Both the position numbers and the translations under genes were made by a program. This document shows, piece by piece, positions 1 through 12,757 of a DNA stretch of 64,000 nt. Origin of the DNA: Dendrobates tinctorius (lineage: Eukaryota); contig NW_027361827.1 of assembly GCF_039654945.1 (NCBI RefSeq), positions 18,290,001 through 18,354,000 of the forward strand, in the 5' to 3' direction. The stretch's first letter is position 1, and every line of letters starts with the position of its first letter. The notes under the pieces are model-generated. The model was not told where the DNA came from and did no database searches. It saw nothing but the letters and a program-made list of their open reading frames with translations.

Positions 1-1204
1 AAAAAAATGCAGTGGTTTCAGACCTCAAATAATGCTAAGAAAACAAGTTCATAATCATTTAGAAACAACAATACTAATGTTTTAACTCAGGAAGAGATCA
101 GAAATCAATATTTTCTGGAATAACCATGATTTTTAATCACAGCTTTCATGCGTCTTGGCATGCTTAGCACCAGTCTTTCACACTGCTTTTGGGTGACCTT
201 ATGCCACTCCTTGTACAAACATTTTAGCAGTTCTTCTTTGTTTGATGGCTTGTGACTATCCATCTTCCTCTTGATTTACCTTCCAGAAGTTTTCAATGGG
301 GTTCAGGACTGGAGATTGGGCTGGCCATGACAGGGATTTGATGTGGTGGTCCTTCATCCACACATTGACTGACCTAGCTATGTGGCATGGCGCATTGTCC
401 TGCTGGAAAAACAGTCCAGAGAGCTGGGGAACATTGCCTGAGCAGAAGGAATCAACTGTTTTTCCAGGATAACCTTGTATGCGGCTTGATTAATACATCC
501 TTCGCAAAGATTAACCTGCTCAATTCCAACCTTGCTGAAGCATCCCCAGATCACCACCGATCCTCCACCAAATTTCACAGTGGGTGGAAGACACTGTGGC
601 TTGTATGCCTCTCCAGGTCTCCGTCTAAGATGACCAGGTGTTGAGCAAAGCTGAAAGTTAGACTCATCAGAGAAGATTACCTTACTCCAGTCCTCTATGG
701 TCCAATTTATGGTCTTTTGCAAACTTCAGCCTGGCTCCCCTTTGCTTCTCATTGATGAAAGGCTTTTTTTTCTAGCTTTACATGACTTGAGATCTTCTTC
801 TAGGAGCCTGTTACAAATTGTTCTTGCCGTGCTCTTCACCCCAGCTGCCATTTGCCATTCCTTTTGTAGGTCACTTGATGTCATCCTGCAGTTGCTGAGT
901 GACATTCGAATAAGATGACGGTCATCCCGGTAAGTAGAGAGTCATTTTCGCCCTCTGCCGGTCTGTAGCTTTGTTGTTCCCAATGTCTGCTGCTTGACCT
1001 TGTTGTAATGGACTGCCATCTTAGAAATTTTAAGGATGGAGGCAACATGGCGCTCAATGTATCCCTCTGCTAGTAAATCCAGAATAGAGCCCTTCTTTTA
1101 CTCACTCAAGACTTTTATTTTCAACTCCTTTGGCATGGTTAAAAGTTATTTTTTCATTCCTATTACTTTTGGGATATTACTAGCACTTGTTTTGCCATCC
1201 AGCT
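1..1204 (-). mobile_element. Tc1 (DD34E) transposon, degenerate; transposase-containing part
   Basis: Minus strand from ATG 1136 reads MPKELKIKV...; ORF 378-722 has WSKVIFSDES and PTVKFGGGSVVIWGCF; frameshifted QQDNAPCH...SPVLNPIE gives 34-residue spacing. Interrupted at 1204 and resumes at 12265. Confidence 0.9.
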
Positions 1205-1549
1205 CAGGGGCAAAATTCAAATTGGCCATGTGTAGTGCAATGAGGAGAGCAGCGTTGCGGGAGGCAAAGGGGCCCCTGTGAGGCAGGGGGGCCCGCCTGC
1301 CCCCAGCGCCGACTCCACCCCGCTCCCCGCAATGATGGAGCCTGGAGGAGAGAGCGTCAGCTGACGCTCCCTCTCCAATCATTCCCCGCTCTGCCTCTGA
1401 CGCAGCGGGGGCGCGATGACGTCATCACGCTCTCACTGTGTACCAGGCAGTGCAGGAGAGCGACAGGAGCCGGAAGCAACGCAGGCACGAGGAGAAGGTG
1501 AGGAGTGTGTTGTTTTTTTTAATCAGTGTGAGTACTGGACTGTGGGGCC

Positions 1550-1826
1550 ACTCTGGGGGGCTATATACCATGCTGGGGGGCTATATACCATGCTGGGCTG
1601 TATCATACCATGCTGGGGGGGCTATATACCATGCTGGGGGGCTATATAAAATGCTGGGGGGTGCTATATACCATGCTGGGCTGTACTATACCATACTGGG
1701 GGTGCTATATACCATGCTGGGCTGTATCATACCATGCTGGGGGGGCAATATACCATACTAGGCTGTATCATACCATGCTGGGGGGGCTATATACCATGCT
1801 GGGCTGTATTATACCATACTGGGGGC
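1550..1826. repeat. Minisatellite of ~20-22 bp units (ATACCATGCTGGG core), left part
   Basis: Direct tandem repeats; the same array resumes at ~10664 after the CR1. Confidence 0.95.
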
Positions 1827-2195
1827 AACATAGTAACATAGTAATTAAGGTTGAAGGGAGACTTTAAGTCCATCTAGTTCAACCCATATCCTAACTTGCC
1901 CTAACATGTTGATCCAGAGGAAGGCAAAAAAACCCCATGTGGCAAACAGTAAGCTTCACATTGGGGAAAAAAATTCCTTCCCGACTCCACATACGGCAAT
2001 CAGACTAGCTCCCTGGATCAACGCAACACTAAGGAAACTAGTGTATATACCCTGTAATATTATACTTTTCAAGAAAGGCATCCAGTCCCCTCTTAAATTT
2101 TAGTAGGGAATCACTCATTACAACATCATATGGCAGAGAGTTCCATAGTCTTACTGCTCTTACAGTAAAGAATCCGCGTCTGTTATTATGCTTAA

Positions 2196-2929
2196 TGTCA
2201 TGATCTCAGTGCGGGTTTGACTCGCACACGTGGGGTTAATGTCTGGAACCAGTGCTGATGACTGGCATTTCTGGGGTTAAAGGTTGTGATCCCGGTGCAG
2301 GCTTACCTGCACACCTGGGGCTATGATTGTGGCCTCTCCCTGGTTCTGGGGAGGCTTCTTATAGCCTCAGGAAGCTCCCATCCCTGTCAGTTATACTCTT
2401 GCCCTTGGCATAGTGTGGTGACCCCTGAGTGTGTTTGTGCTGTTTTCTGGTTACTTGATTCTCTGTGTATGACTCGGTCTGTTCTCTGGATATCGCTTTG
2501 GATTCTGCCTGGTACCTCCTATGTCTGTTTGGTTTTGATCTCTGCTTGGCCCTGATTATCCGTTCTGTCTCCTCCCTGGTACTGTACTGATATCTTGTGT
2601 ATGACCTTTTGCTTTGTCTGACCTCCCGTCTGTTTATCCCTCCTGTACCTCGCTGGTCTGTACTGTGCATGACTTCTGCTTTGCCATAATCTGAGTTCTC
2701 TGGCTTCTCTGACGCTAAGCCCCGCCCCCTTGCAGTCACATGACCATAGGTCCTGTGCAAGCTTGCTCATTTTCAGTGTCCGCAGGTCCCGTGCCTCTTT
2801 ACTTTCCAGCGCTGACTGGACCCTGACACTATTAGCTTGTAGCACGCTTTGTCACCTCTGCTGCCCTTCTCCCCAGGTAACTCTTAGCACTGCTTCTGTA
2901 CTCAGGACACGCGCACTGGCTCTATGACA
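2196..2929 (+). repeat. 5' LTR
   Basis: Near-identical to 7238-7996 but lacks 24 bp near its 3' end. Confidence 0.97.
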
Positions 2930-3011
2930 TTATAACTGACCGTTTCAGGGTTTTTTTTTCTGAAGGGAAGAAAAAAAAAAAAAAAAAAAAAAAAAGGTGT
3001 GTGTTATCCTC

Positions 3012-6000
3012 ATGGATCCCATACAAGCCTTGGCTGATCAGGTCAAGCACCTGACCCAAATGTTCCATAAGCGCAATGTGGAACAACGCACGATGGCCCA
3101 GACCCAGCAACAGTTGGTGGTTACTGTGCAGGGGGCTGTCGATGCAGGGGCTTCAAGTTCTGGGGGTAGGGATGTGTCATTAGCGTCCCCCGAATCTCCG
3201 GTCAAATTGCCAGACCTTTTCTCAGGGGATAAAAAGGAGTTCAGGTCTTTCAGAGAAGGATGCAAGCTTTTTTTTTCTCTAAGGCCCCGCTCCTCCGGGG
3301 ATGAGTTCCAAAGGGTGGGGGTCATTATTTCCCTACTTCGGGGGGCTCCGCAAGCATGGGCTTTCTCTCTGTCTTCCTCTGCTCCTGAACGTATGTCAGT
3401 GAATGCATTCTTTGAGGCCCTCGGGCACATTTATGATGAACCTGACCGAGTGCGATTGGCAGAGGACATGTTGATGAGTGTCTGTCAGGGGAAACACTCA
3501 GCTGAGTGGTTTTGTTCTGAGTTCCGCCGCTGGGCGGCAGAGGTCTCTTGGAGCGACGCCGCACTCCGAGGACTCTTTCGCAGAGGCTTGTCCGAGCGGC
3601 TGCAGGATGCCTTGGCGTTACATCCCCCACCTAACTCTCTCGAGGACGCCATGACCCAGGCCGTCCGGATGGACCGCAGGCTGCGGGCCAGAGGGGTGAT
3701 GCAGGTGGATACTCCATTATTCCCCAGTGGAAAAGAGACTGCCCCTGAGCCCATGGATGTAGGCGCCCTCTCCCTGAAGGATACGGAGAGGAAACGCCGG
3801 AAGGACAAGCAGTTATGCTTTTACTGCAGTAAAACGGGACATTGGAAAAGGGAGTGCCCGAATTGCCCGTCTTCAAACCCGGTCGGCGGGAAACGACTAG
3901 GTCTGAGTAGTCAACGGAGAGGCTGCTCAGACCCTCAGGTACCATTTTCCTCGTTTTCTAAAGTAGTACTGCCTGTGGAACTGTTTGTGGATGGTAGTTC
4001 TTTTTCCTCTACAGCCTTCGTGGACTGTGGATCATCTATTAATCTTATTGACTCCCAATTGGTCACACACTGCAAGATAGGGACAGTTAGGCTCAAGGTT
4101 CCGATCAAGGTGATGGCCATTGACTCCTCTCCCCTCACTAAGGAGGGAATTCGCTTTATGTCTGAGGTGTTTTTGCTCAGAGTGAGCGCTACTCATGTGG
4201 AAAACATAAGTTGTTTTGTGCTGGACAATCTACCTGCAGGGTTGGTGTTGGGCATGCCCTGGTTACAACGCCATAACCTAGTTATTAACTGGAAAACGGG
4301 GGAGATTGTACAATGGGGGTTTAATGATTTTGAGTTATGTGATAAATCCGCACTGCTGGTTGAACCTGTTAAATCTGTGTCTGTATCATCTGTCGAGCTG
4401 GAAGGTATTCCGGAATGCCTGAAGGACTTCGAAGATGTATTCTCCGAAAGTGAGGCCGAGACGTTACCGCCACATAGACCCTTTGACTGCGCTATTGAGC
4501 TGGTCCCGGGGGCTAAATTACCCAAAGCCCGTCTGTTTAATTTGTACGGTCCTGAGTGCTTGGCTATGAAGGAGTATATTACTGAAAGTCTGCGCAAAGG
4601 ACACATACGTCCTTCAGTCTCACCTGTGGCGGAAGGTTTCTTTTTTGTAAAGAAAAAAGATGGCGCGTTACGTCACTGTCTCGACTTCCGGGAGCTTAAT
4701 CAAATTACTGTACGGAATACGTACCCCCTTCCGTTGATTCCCGATTTATGTAACCAACTATCAGGGGCAAAGTGGTTTTCTAAACTGGACCTTCGGGGGG
4801 CATATAATCTGATAAGGGTCCGAGAGGGGGATGAATGGAAAACCGCGTTCCTCACGACCGAGGGACTATTTAAAAATTTAGTCATGCCGTTTGGTCTTAC
4901 CAACGCCCTTGCCATATTTCAGAATTTCATCAACGTGGTATTCTCGGATCTCATTGGTCGTTTTGTCGTTATCTACTTAGATGATATTTTGATATATTCC
5001 CCCGACAAGTATTCTCATTTGGAACATGTACGAACTGTGCTCCAAAGGCTTAGAGAAAATCATTTGTATGCCGAATTGGAGAAATGTGTATTCTGTGTAC
5101 AAGAGTTGTCCTTTTTGGGGTTAATTGTATCCGGTGAGGGTTTTCGCATGGACCCCAAGAAGGTGCAGGCCATTGCAGATTGGGTGCAACCCCGAGATCT
5201 TAAGGGTCTTCAGCGCTTCTTGGGGTTCGCCAATTATTACCGCAAATTTATCCGGGGGTTTTCGCAAGTGGTCAAACCTCTCACGGATCTAACATGCAAA
5301 GGTGCGCATGTGAGAAATTGGTCCTCGCTCGCAAAAGAGGCCTTTGCAACGCTGAAAAAATGTTTTATGTCTGCTCCTGTGTTAGTGCAGCCAGATCCGT
5401 CCAAACCATTCGTCGTGGAAGTGGACGCCTCTGAGGTGGGGGTGGGGGCGGCGTTGTCCCAAGGACCTGCCACTCTAACCAACCTCAGGCCATGTGCTTT
5501 CTTTTCCAAGAAGTTCTCTGCTGCGGAAAGAAATTACGACGTAGGCAATAGAGAGCTTCTTGCGGTCAAATTGGCGTTTGAAGAATGGAGGCACTTTTTG
5601 GAGGGGGCCAGTCACCCGGTTAAGGTGATCACGGATCACAAAAATTTGTCGTACATCGAGTCTGCTAAAAGACTAACGCCCAGACAGGCCCGTTGGTCAC
5701 TTTTTTTTCCCGTTTTCAGTTTACGATTACATTTCGTCCAGGGTCCAAGAATGTCAAGGCTGACGCCTTATCACGCAGTTTTCAGCCGGTGTCGCCCCCT
5801 GAGCCACCATCCTCCATTCTTCACCCTGGGGTTGTAATAGCAGAGGTCTCATCTGAATTGGAACGGGAGATTCAGGGGGCCCAGTCGCAGGCCTCGGCGG
5901 CCAAGCCGGAGGGGAAGTTGTTTGTCCCAGAGCAACTTCGCCTGAAACTCTTGCAGGAGTTCCATGAATCCAAGCTGAGTGCTCACCCTGGTATTTCAGC

Positions 6001-7226
6001 CACACGTCTGGCGGTGGCTAGGATCTTTTGGTGGCCTACCCTTGGTTCGGACATAAAAAAATTAATTGCTGGTTGTGGGGTCTGCGCTCGTTCTAAAAGC
6101 TCTCATAGCTGGCCGGCAGGGGAGCTGATACCCTTGGCAGTGCCCGAAAGGCCATGGACTCACTTATCCATGGATTTTGTTACCAATCTCCCTCCATCTA
6201 AGGGTAATACAGTGGTATGGGTAGTGGTGGACAGGTTTTCTAAGCAGGCTCATTTCGTACCCCTGTCGGCACTACCGTCAGCTGAGACGTTGTCCAGGTT
6301 GTTTGTGCAGCATGTGGTCCGGTTGCATGGGGTACCCCTGAATGTGGTGTCTGATCGTGGTGTGCAGTTTGTGGCTAAGTTTTGGAGTGCTTTCTGCAAA
6401 AAATTAGGTATGTCTCTGTCCTTTTCATCTGCATACCCTCCAGAGAGCAATGGGCAGACGGAGCGCACTAACCAGTCCCTGGAACAGATCCTCAGGTGTC
6501 TAACCTCTGCTAGACAGAATGACTGGTGCGATGCACTGCCGTTGGCTGAATTTGCCTTCAATAGTCGGGTGAGTCAATCCACTGGTAGGTCCCCTTTCTT
6601 GATTAACTATGGGTTCAGTCCTCATTTTGGTGAGTTTTCTCGTCTGGATTCGGGGTGTCCCGGGGCTGAGGACTCTGTTCAGTGGTTAAAAGATACATGG
6701 GCAGAAGTTCAGCGGAGTATATCTAGGTCTCAAGGCAGGTATAAGTTTTTCGCGGACAGGAAACGAACACCTGGTCCCATGTTTCGGGTGGGAGAGAAAG
6801 TTTGGCTCTCCACGCGAAACATTAAGTTAAAGATTCCGTCAGCCAAGTTGGGACCCAAATTCATTGGCCCGTACAAGATTGTGGAAAAAAATCAATCCAG
6901 TGGCGTATAGGCTGTGCCTTCCACCCTCTTTCAAGATCCCTAGCGTCTTCCACAAATCTCTACTGAAACCTTTTGAAGCAGTCCGGGGAGACTCCGAGTC
7001 TGCTGCTCCTCCTGTTTTGGTCGAGGGGCAGGTGGAGTATGAGGTTGGTCATATCGTAGATTCCAGGTTGGTACGGCGGTCGGTACAGTACCTAGTTCAT
7101 TGGAAGGGGTATGGACCGGAAGACAGGTCCTGGGTACCGGACCGGTTGCTGCATGCTGATCGCCTGGTGCGGGCTTTCCATGCTAGGTACCCGGGCAAGC
7201 CTGGGGGTCCAGAGGCCCCCCGTTGA
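3012..7226 (+). pseudogene. gag-pol polyprotein with two homopolymer frameshifts (~5705, ~6890)
   Basis: PEG10/RTL1-like capsid; CFYCSKTGHWKREC knuckle; protease AFVDCGS; RT YLDD; RNase H DAS; integrase HHCC plus D-D-E (MDFV, SDRG, GQTER); GPY motif; chromodomain YEVGHIVDSR...YLVHWKGYGPEDRSW. Confidence 0.95.
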
Positions 7227-7237
7227 GAGGGGGGTAC

Positions 7238-7996
7238 TGTCATGATCTCAGTGCGGGTTTGACTCGCACACGTGGGGTTAATGTCTGGAACCAGTGCTGA
7301 TGACTGGCATTTCTGGGGTTAAAGGTTGTGATCCCGGTGCAGGCTTACCTGCACACCTGGGGCTATGATTGTGGCCTCTCCCTAGTTCTGGGGGAGGCTT
7401 CTTATAGCCTCAGAACGCTCCCATCCCTGTCAGTTATACTTTCGCCCTTGGCATTGTGTGGTGACCCCTGAGTGTGTTAGTGCTGTGTTCTGGTTACTTG
7501 ATTCTCTGTGTATGACTCGGTCTGTTCTCTGGATATCGCTTTGGATTCTGCCTGGTACCTCCTATGTCTGTTTGGTTTTGATCTCTGCTTGGCCCTGATT
7601 ATCCGCTCTGTCTCCTCCCTGGTACTGTACTGATATCTTGTGTATGACCTTTTGCTTTGTCTGACCTCCCGTCTGTTTATCCCTCCTGTACCTCGCTGGT
7701 CTGTACTGTGCATGACTTCTGCTTTGCCATAATCTGAGTTCTCTGGCTTCTCTGACGCTAAGCCTCGCCCCCTTGCAGTCACATGACCATAGGTCCTGTG
7801 CAAGCTTGCTCATTTTCAGTGTCCGCAGGTCCCGTGCCTCTTTACTTTCTAGCGCTGACTGGACCCTGACACTATTAGCTTGTAGCACGCTTTGTCACCT
7901 CTGCTGCCCTTCTCCCCAGGTAACTCTTAGCACTGCTTCTGTACTCAGGACACGCGCACTGGCTCTATGAGCAAGTGTAGTGTGGTGTCTCTGACA
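7238..7996 (+). repeat. 3' LTR
   Basis: Follows the PPT; ends TGACA, then TSD CTTAA. Confidence 0.97.
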
Positions 7997-10663
7997 CTTA
8001 AACCTTCTTTCCTCCAGACGTAGAGGATGCCCCCTTGTCCCCGTCACAGGTCTAAGAGTAAAAAGATCATTAGAAAGGTCTTGGTATTGTCCCCGCATAT
8101 ATCTATACATTGTAATAAGATCACCCCTAAGCCTTCGATTCTCAAAACTAAATAGCCCCAAGTGTAATAACCTGTCTTGGTATTGCAGACCCCCTAGTTC
8201 CCTAATAACCTTGGTCACTCTTCTCTGCACCCGCTCCAGTTCAGCTATGTCTTTCTTATACACCGGAGACCAGAACTGTACACAGTATTCTAAGTGTGGT
8301 CGCACTAGTGACTTATATAGAGGTAAAATTATGTTCTCCTCCTGAGCATCTATGCCTCTTTTAATGCATCCCATTATTTTATTTGCCTTTGCAGCAGCTG
8401 CCTGACACTGGCCGCTAAATGTGAGTTTGTCGTCCACCCATATACCCAGGTCTTTTTCAGTGACAGTTTTGCCCAGTGTTTTACAATTAAGCACATAATT
8501 ATATATCTTGTTCGTTCTACCCAAGTGCATGACCTTACATTTATCCCCATTAAAGCTCATTTGCCATTTATCAGCCCAAGCTTATAGTTTACATAAATCC
8601 TCCTGTAATATAAAATTGTCCTCCTTTGTATTGATTACCCTGCAGAGTTTAGGGTCATCTGCAAATATTGAAATTCTACTCTCTATGCCCCCTACAAGGT
8701 CATTAATAAATATGTTAAAAAGAAGCGGGCCCAAAACTGACCCCTGTGGTACCCCACTGCTAACCGTGACCCAGTCCGAGTGTGTTCCATTAATAACCAC
8801 CCTTTGTTTCCTATCCCTGAGCCAGCTCTTAACCCACCTACACATATTTTCCCCTATCCCCATTGTTCTCATTTTATGTATCAACCTTTTGTGTGGCACC
8901 ATATCAAAAGCTTTTGAAAAGTCCATGTACACCACGTCCACTGCATTCCCTTGGGCCAGTCCGGAACTTACCTCTTCATAAAAGCTTATCAGATTAGTCT
9001 GACAGGAACGGTCTCTTGTAAACCCATGTTGATATTGGGTCATAAGTTTATTCTTCTCCAGATACTCCAGTATAGTATCTCTTAGAAAACCCTCCAGGAT
9101 TTTACCCACAGTTGAGGTTAAACTTACTGGCCTATAATTTCCAAGTTCAGTATTTGTCCCCTTTTTGATTATTGGCACCACATTTGCTATACGCCAGTCC
9201 TGTGGTACAGACCCTGTTATTATGGAATCTTTAAAGATTAAAAATAATGGTCTATCTATGACTGTGCTTAATTCCTGCAGTACTCGGGGGTGTATCCCAT
9301 CCGGGCCCGGGGATTTGTCAATTTTAGAGATTTTTAGACGCTGCCGTACTTCCTGCTGGGTTAAGCAGGTGACATTTAATGGACAATTTTTATCCCTGAT
9401 CATGTTATCCGTCATGGGATTTTCTCGTGTAAATACTGTCGAAAAAAAGTCATTTAGCATATTGGCTTTTTCCTCATCCTCCTCCACCATTTCACCCAGA
9501 CTATTTTTAAGGGGGCCAACACTGTCATTTTTTTAGTTTCTTACTATTTATGTAGTTAACGAATATTTTGGGATTATTTTTACTTTCTCTGGCAATGAGT
9601 CTCTCTGTCTAAATCTTTGCTGTCTTGATTTGCTTTTTACAGAATTTATTTAATCTTCTGTATTTATTTAATGCCTCATCACTACCTACTTGCTTTAATT
9701 CTCTAAATGCTTTATTTTTGTCACTTATTGCGCCCCTTACAGCTCTATTTAGCCATAGTGGTTTCCTCCTATTTCTCGCATGTTTATTCCCATACGGTAT
9801 ATATTGTGCACAGGTCCTATTCAGGATGCTAATAAACGTCTCCCATTTTCTTTGTGTATTTTTATGTCTCAGGATATCGTCCCAGTTAATTGCACCAAGA
9901 TCATCTCTCATCCGTTGGAAATTTGCCTTCCTGAAGTTTAGTGTCCTTGTAACCCCTCTACTACACATCTTATTAAAGGATACATGAAAACTTATTAATT
10001 TGTGATCACTATTACCCAAGTGACCCCCAACCCTTACATTTGATATGCGGTCTGGCCTGTTGGTTAATATTAGGTCTAGCAGTGCCCCCCATCTTGTTGG
10101 GTCCTCAACCAGTTGTGAAAGGTAATGGTCTCCCATAGTAGTCAAAAACCTATTACCTTTCCTGGAACTGCAGGTTTCGGTTCCCCAATGTATTTCAGGG
10201 TAGTTGAAGTCCCCCATAATAATGACTTCTCCTTGAGTCGCAGCTTCATCTATTTGCTTTATGAGGATATTCTCTGTTGCTTCCATTATTTTTGGAGACT
10301 TATAACAAACCCCTATCAGTAATTTATTATTTTTCCCCCCTCCCCTTATCTCTACCCACAGGGACTCTACATTTTCATTAGATTCATATATATTATCACG
10401 AAGGATGGGTTTTAAGGATGATTTTACATTTAAACACACGCCTCCCCCTCGCTTATTTGTACGGTCATTTCTGAACAGACTATAGCCCTGTAAATTAACC
10501 GCCCAGTCATGGTTCTTGTCCAGCCAGGTCTCAGATATCCCCACCATGTCATAATTATGCTCCAACAACATTAACTCCAATTCCTCCATTTTGTTGGCGA
10601 GGCTTCTGGCATTAGTATTCATGCACTTTATGTATCTCTCTGTACCTCTATTCTTTCTTAAAT

Positions 10664-12140
10664 TATACCATGCTGGGCTGTACTATACCATACTGGGGGG
10701 TGCTATATACCATGCTGGGCTGTACCATACCATGCTGGGGGGGGTAAATACCATGCTGGGCTGTACTATGCCATACTGGGGGGTGCTATATACCATGCTG
10801 GGCTGTACTATACCATACTGGGGGGTGCTATATACCATGCTGGGCTGTATCATACCATGCTGGGGGGGCTATACCATGCTGGGGAGTGCTATATACCATG
10901 CTGGGCTGTACTATACCATACTGGGGGGTGCTATATACCATGCTGGGCTGTACTATACCATACTGGGGGGTGCTATATACCATGCTGGGCTGTATCATAC
11001 CATGCTGGGCTGTACTATACCATACTGGGGGGTGCTATATACCATGCTGGGCTGTACCATACCATGCTGGGGGGGTAAATACCATGCTGGGCTGTACCAT
11101 ACCATACTGGGGGGTGCTATATACCATGCTGGGCTGTATCATACCATGCTGGGGGGCTATATACCATGCTGGGCTGTACTATACCATACTGGGGGGTGCT
11201 ATATACCATGCTGGGCTGTACCATACTATGCTGGGGGGGGGTAAATACCATGCTGGGCTGTATAATACCATGCTGGGGGGGCTATATACCATGCTTGGCT
11301 GTATCATACCATGCTGGGGGGGCTATATACCATGCTGGGCTGTATCATACCATGCTGGGGGGGCTATATACCATGCTGGGCTGTACTATACCATACTGGG
11401 GGGTGCTATATACCATGCTGGGCTGTATCATACCATGCTGGGGGGGCTATATACCATGCTGGGCTGTACTATACCATACTGGGGGGTGCTATATACCATG
11501 CTGGGCTGTACCATACCATGCTGGGGGGGGTAAATACCATGCTGGGCTGTATAATACCATGCTGGGGGGGCTATATACCATGCTTGGCTGTATCATACCA
11601 TGCTGGGGGGGCTATATACCATGCTGGGCTGTATCATACCATGCTGGGGGGAGCTATATACCATGCTGGGCTGTATCATACCATGCTGGGGGGAGCTATA
11701 TACCATGCTGGGGGGGCTATATACCATGCTGGGCTCTGTATCATACCATGCTGGGGGGGGCTGTATACCATGCTGGGCTGTATTATACCATTTTGGGCGG
11801 CTATAAACCATGCTGGGCTGTATTATACCATGGTGGGCTATATACCATGTGGTGGTGGGCTATATACTTTGCAGCTGTTATATACCATGGGGGGTACATT
11901 TTACATTATATTCTATAAGGGGAGGCTGTGTTATATAATATGGGGGGGCTGCATTATATTTATTATATTCTATGGGGGCTGCATTATACTATATGAGGAG
12001 GGCTACATTGTATTCTATGGAGGGGCTACATTATATCCTATGAGGGGGTTGCCATATATTCTATGGAGGGGCTGCATTATACTATATGGGGGGACTGCAT
12101 TATATTCTATGGTGGGGTTACATTATGTTCTATACAGATA
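10664..12140. repeat. Minisatellite, right part; alternating units form a ~42 bp higher-order repeat that grades into a degenerate ctatgggggctgcattat array
   Basis: Tandem ataccatgctgggctgta / ataccatactggggggtgct units; explains the repetitive ORFs at 10591-12186. Confidence 0.95.
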
Positions 12141-12264
12141 TTATGTCCAGCCCTGCATAGCCTCAATATTAGATAACAACAAATAACTTTGTTGCCCTAT
12201 GAAGGGTTGGGGGGCACAAAAAATTTCTTGCACAGGGGCCCACTACAGTCTGTGTCCGCCCCTA

Positions 12265-12491
12265 ATCCAGCTTGTCCTATTGCAAGAGGATTGTGAACAC
12301 CACAGCAGGGTTTTTATACTTTGTTAAATAAGATTTGGATCAGGTGACCACTTAATCAGAAGCACATTAAGTAGAATGAGGTGTACGCTGGTTGGAATTC
12401 AACTGACACTGGAATGGAATGGCTGTCAGACATGGAGAGAAGCTGATTTTTATAAAACTAAGAAGTGCTCTCTTAATTTTTGCCAGAGCTG
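12265..12491 (-). mobile_element. 5' end and TIR of the same Tc1 element
   Basis: Continues the 1-1204 sequence across the duplicated ATCCAGCT; ends ...ctcttaatttttgccagagctg followed by TA at 12492-12493. Confidence 0.8.
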
Positions 12492-12721
12492 TATTGATAA
12501 GTTTACATCACTACCCCCCCCCCCCCCCATTAAATAACTTTAAAACAATAAACATATTTGAAATTGTTGTGTCTAAAACAAAAGTCAGATCTACCAAAAT
12601 ATATATTTAAACCTTATGATAAGTGACAAAAAGAAACAGAAAATAGGAACACAGAAATTGCCATTTCTTTTAATGCGGCTCTTCCCGCAAAAAAAAAAAA
12701 AAATAATAAGCCATCAAAATG

Positions 12722-12757
<36 letters not shown>

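Larger units (their letters stand above)
2196..7996 (+). mobile_element. Full-length Ty3/gypsy chromovirus (Sushi-like) LTR retrotransposon
   Basis: TGTCA...TGACA LTRs at 2196-2929 and 7238-7996; 5-bp TSD CTTAA at 2191-2195 and 7997-8001; PPT GAGAGGGGGG at 7225-7234; gag-PR-RT-RH-IN-chromodomain order. Confidence 0.98.
1827..10663 (-). mobile_element. CR1 LINE (ORF2: APE endonuclease + RT), 5'-truncated, split by an LTR element
   Basis: ORF 9609-10622 is endonuclease (NARSL, ISETW, MGDFN, SDH); ORF 8582-9490 is RT (YRPVSLTS, GVPQGSVLGP, FADD); ORF 7895-8560 is the C-terminal region ([14 protein letters not shown]). The 3' end at 1827-2190 has an (ATGTTACT)n-type tail. Stops and a frameshift are present. 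Confidence 0.95.
1205..12264. mobile_element. Non-autonomous hAT-type element carrying minisatellites; hosts the CR1 and LTR insertions
   Basis: 8-bp TSD ATCCAGCT at 1197-1204 and 12265-12272; short TIRs CAGGGGC... and ...GCCCCTA. Confidence 0.85.

Noticed and set aside
2359-2845. Antisense ORFs in the LTRs (also 7477-7888)
   Set aside because: No recognisable domain; duplicated only because the LTRs are duplicated.
2997-5837. Domesticated PEG10/RTL1-like gene
   Set aside because: Flanked by near-identical LTRs, PPT and TSD, so it is a retrotransposon copy.
10591-12186. Long ORFs of 215-291 aa (YHAGLY/IPCWG repeats); similar ones at 1416-1867, 21390-21693 and 43576-43972
   Set aside because: Translations of stop-free minisatellites, open in several frames.
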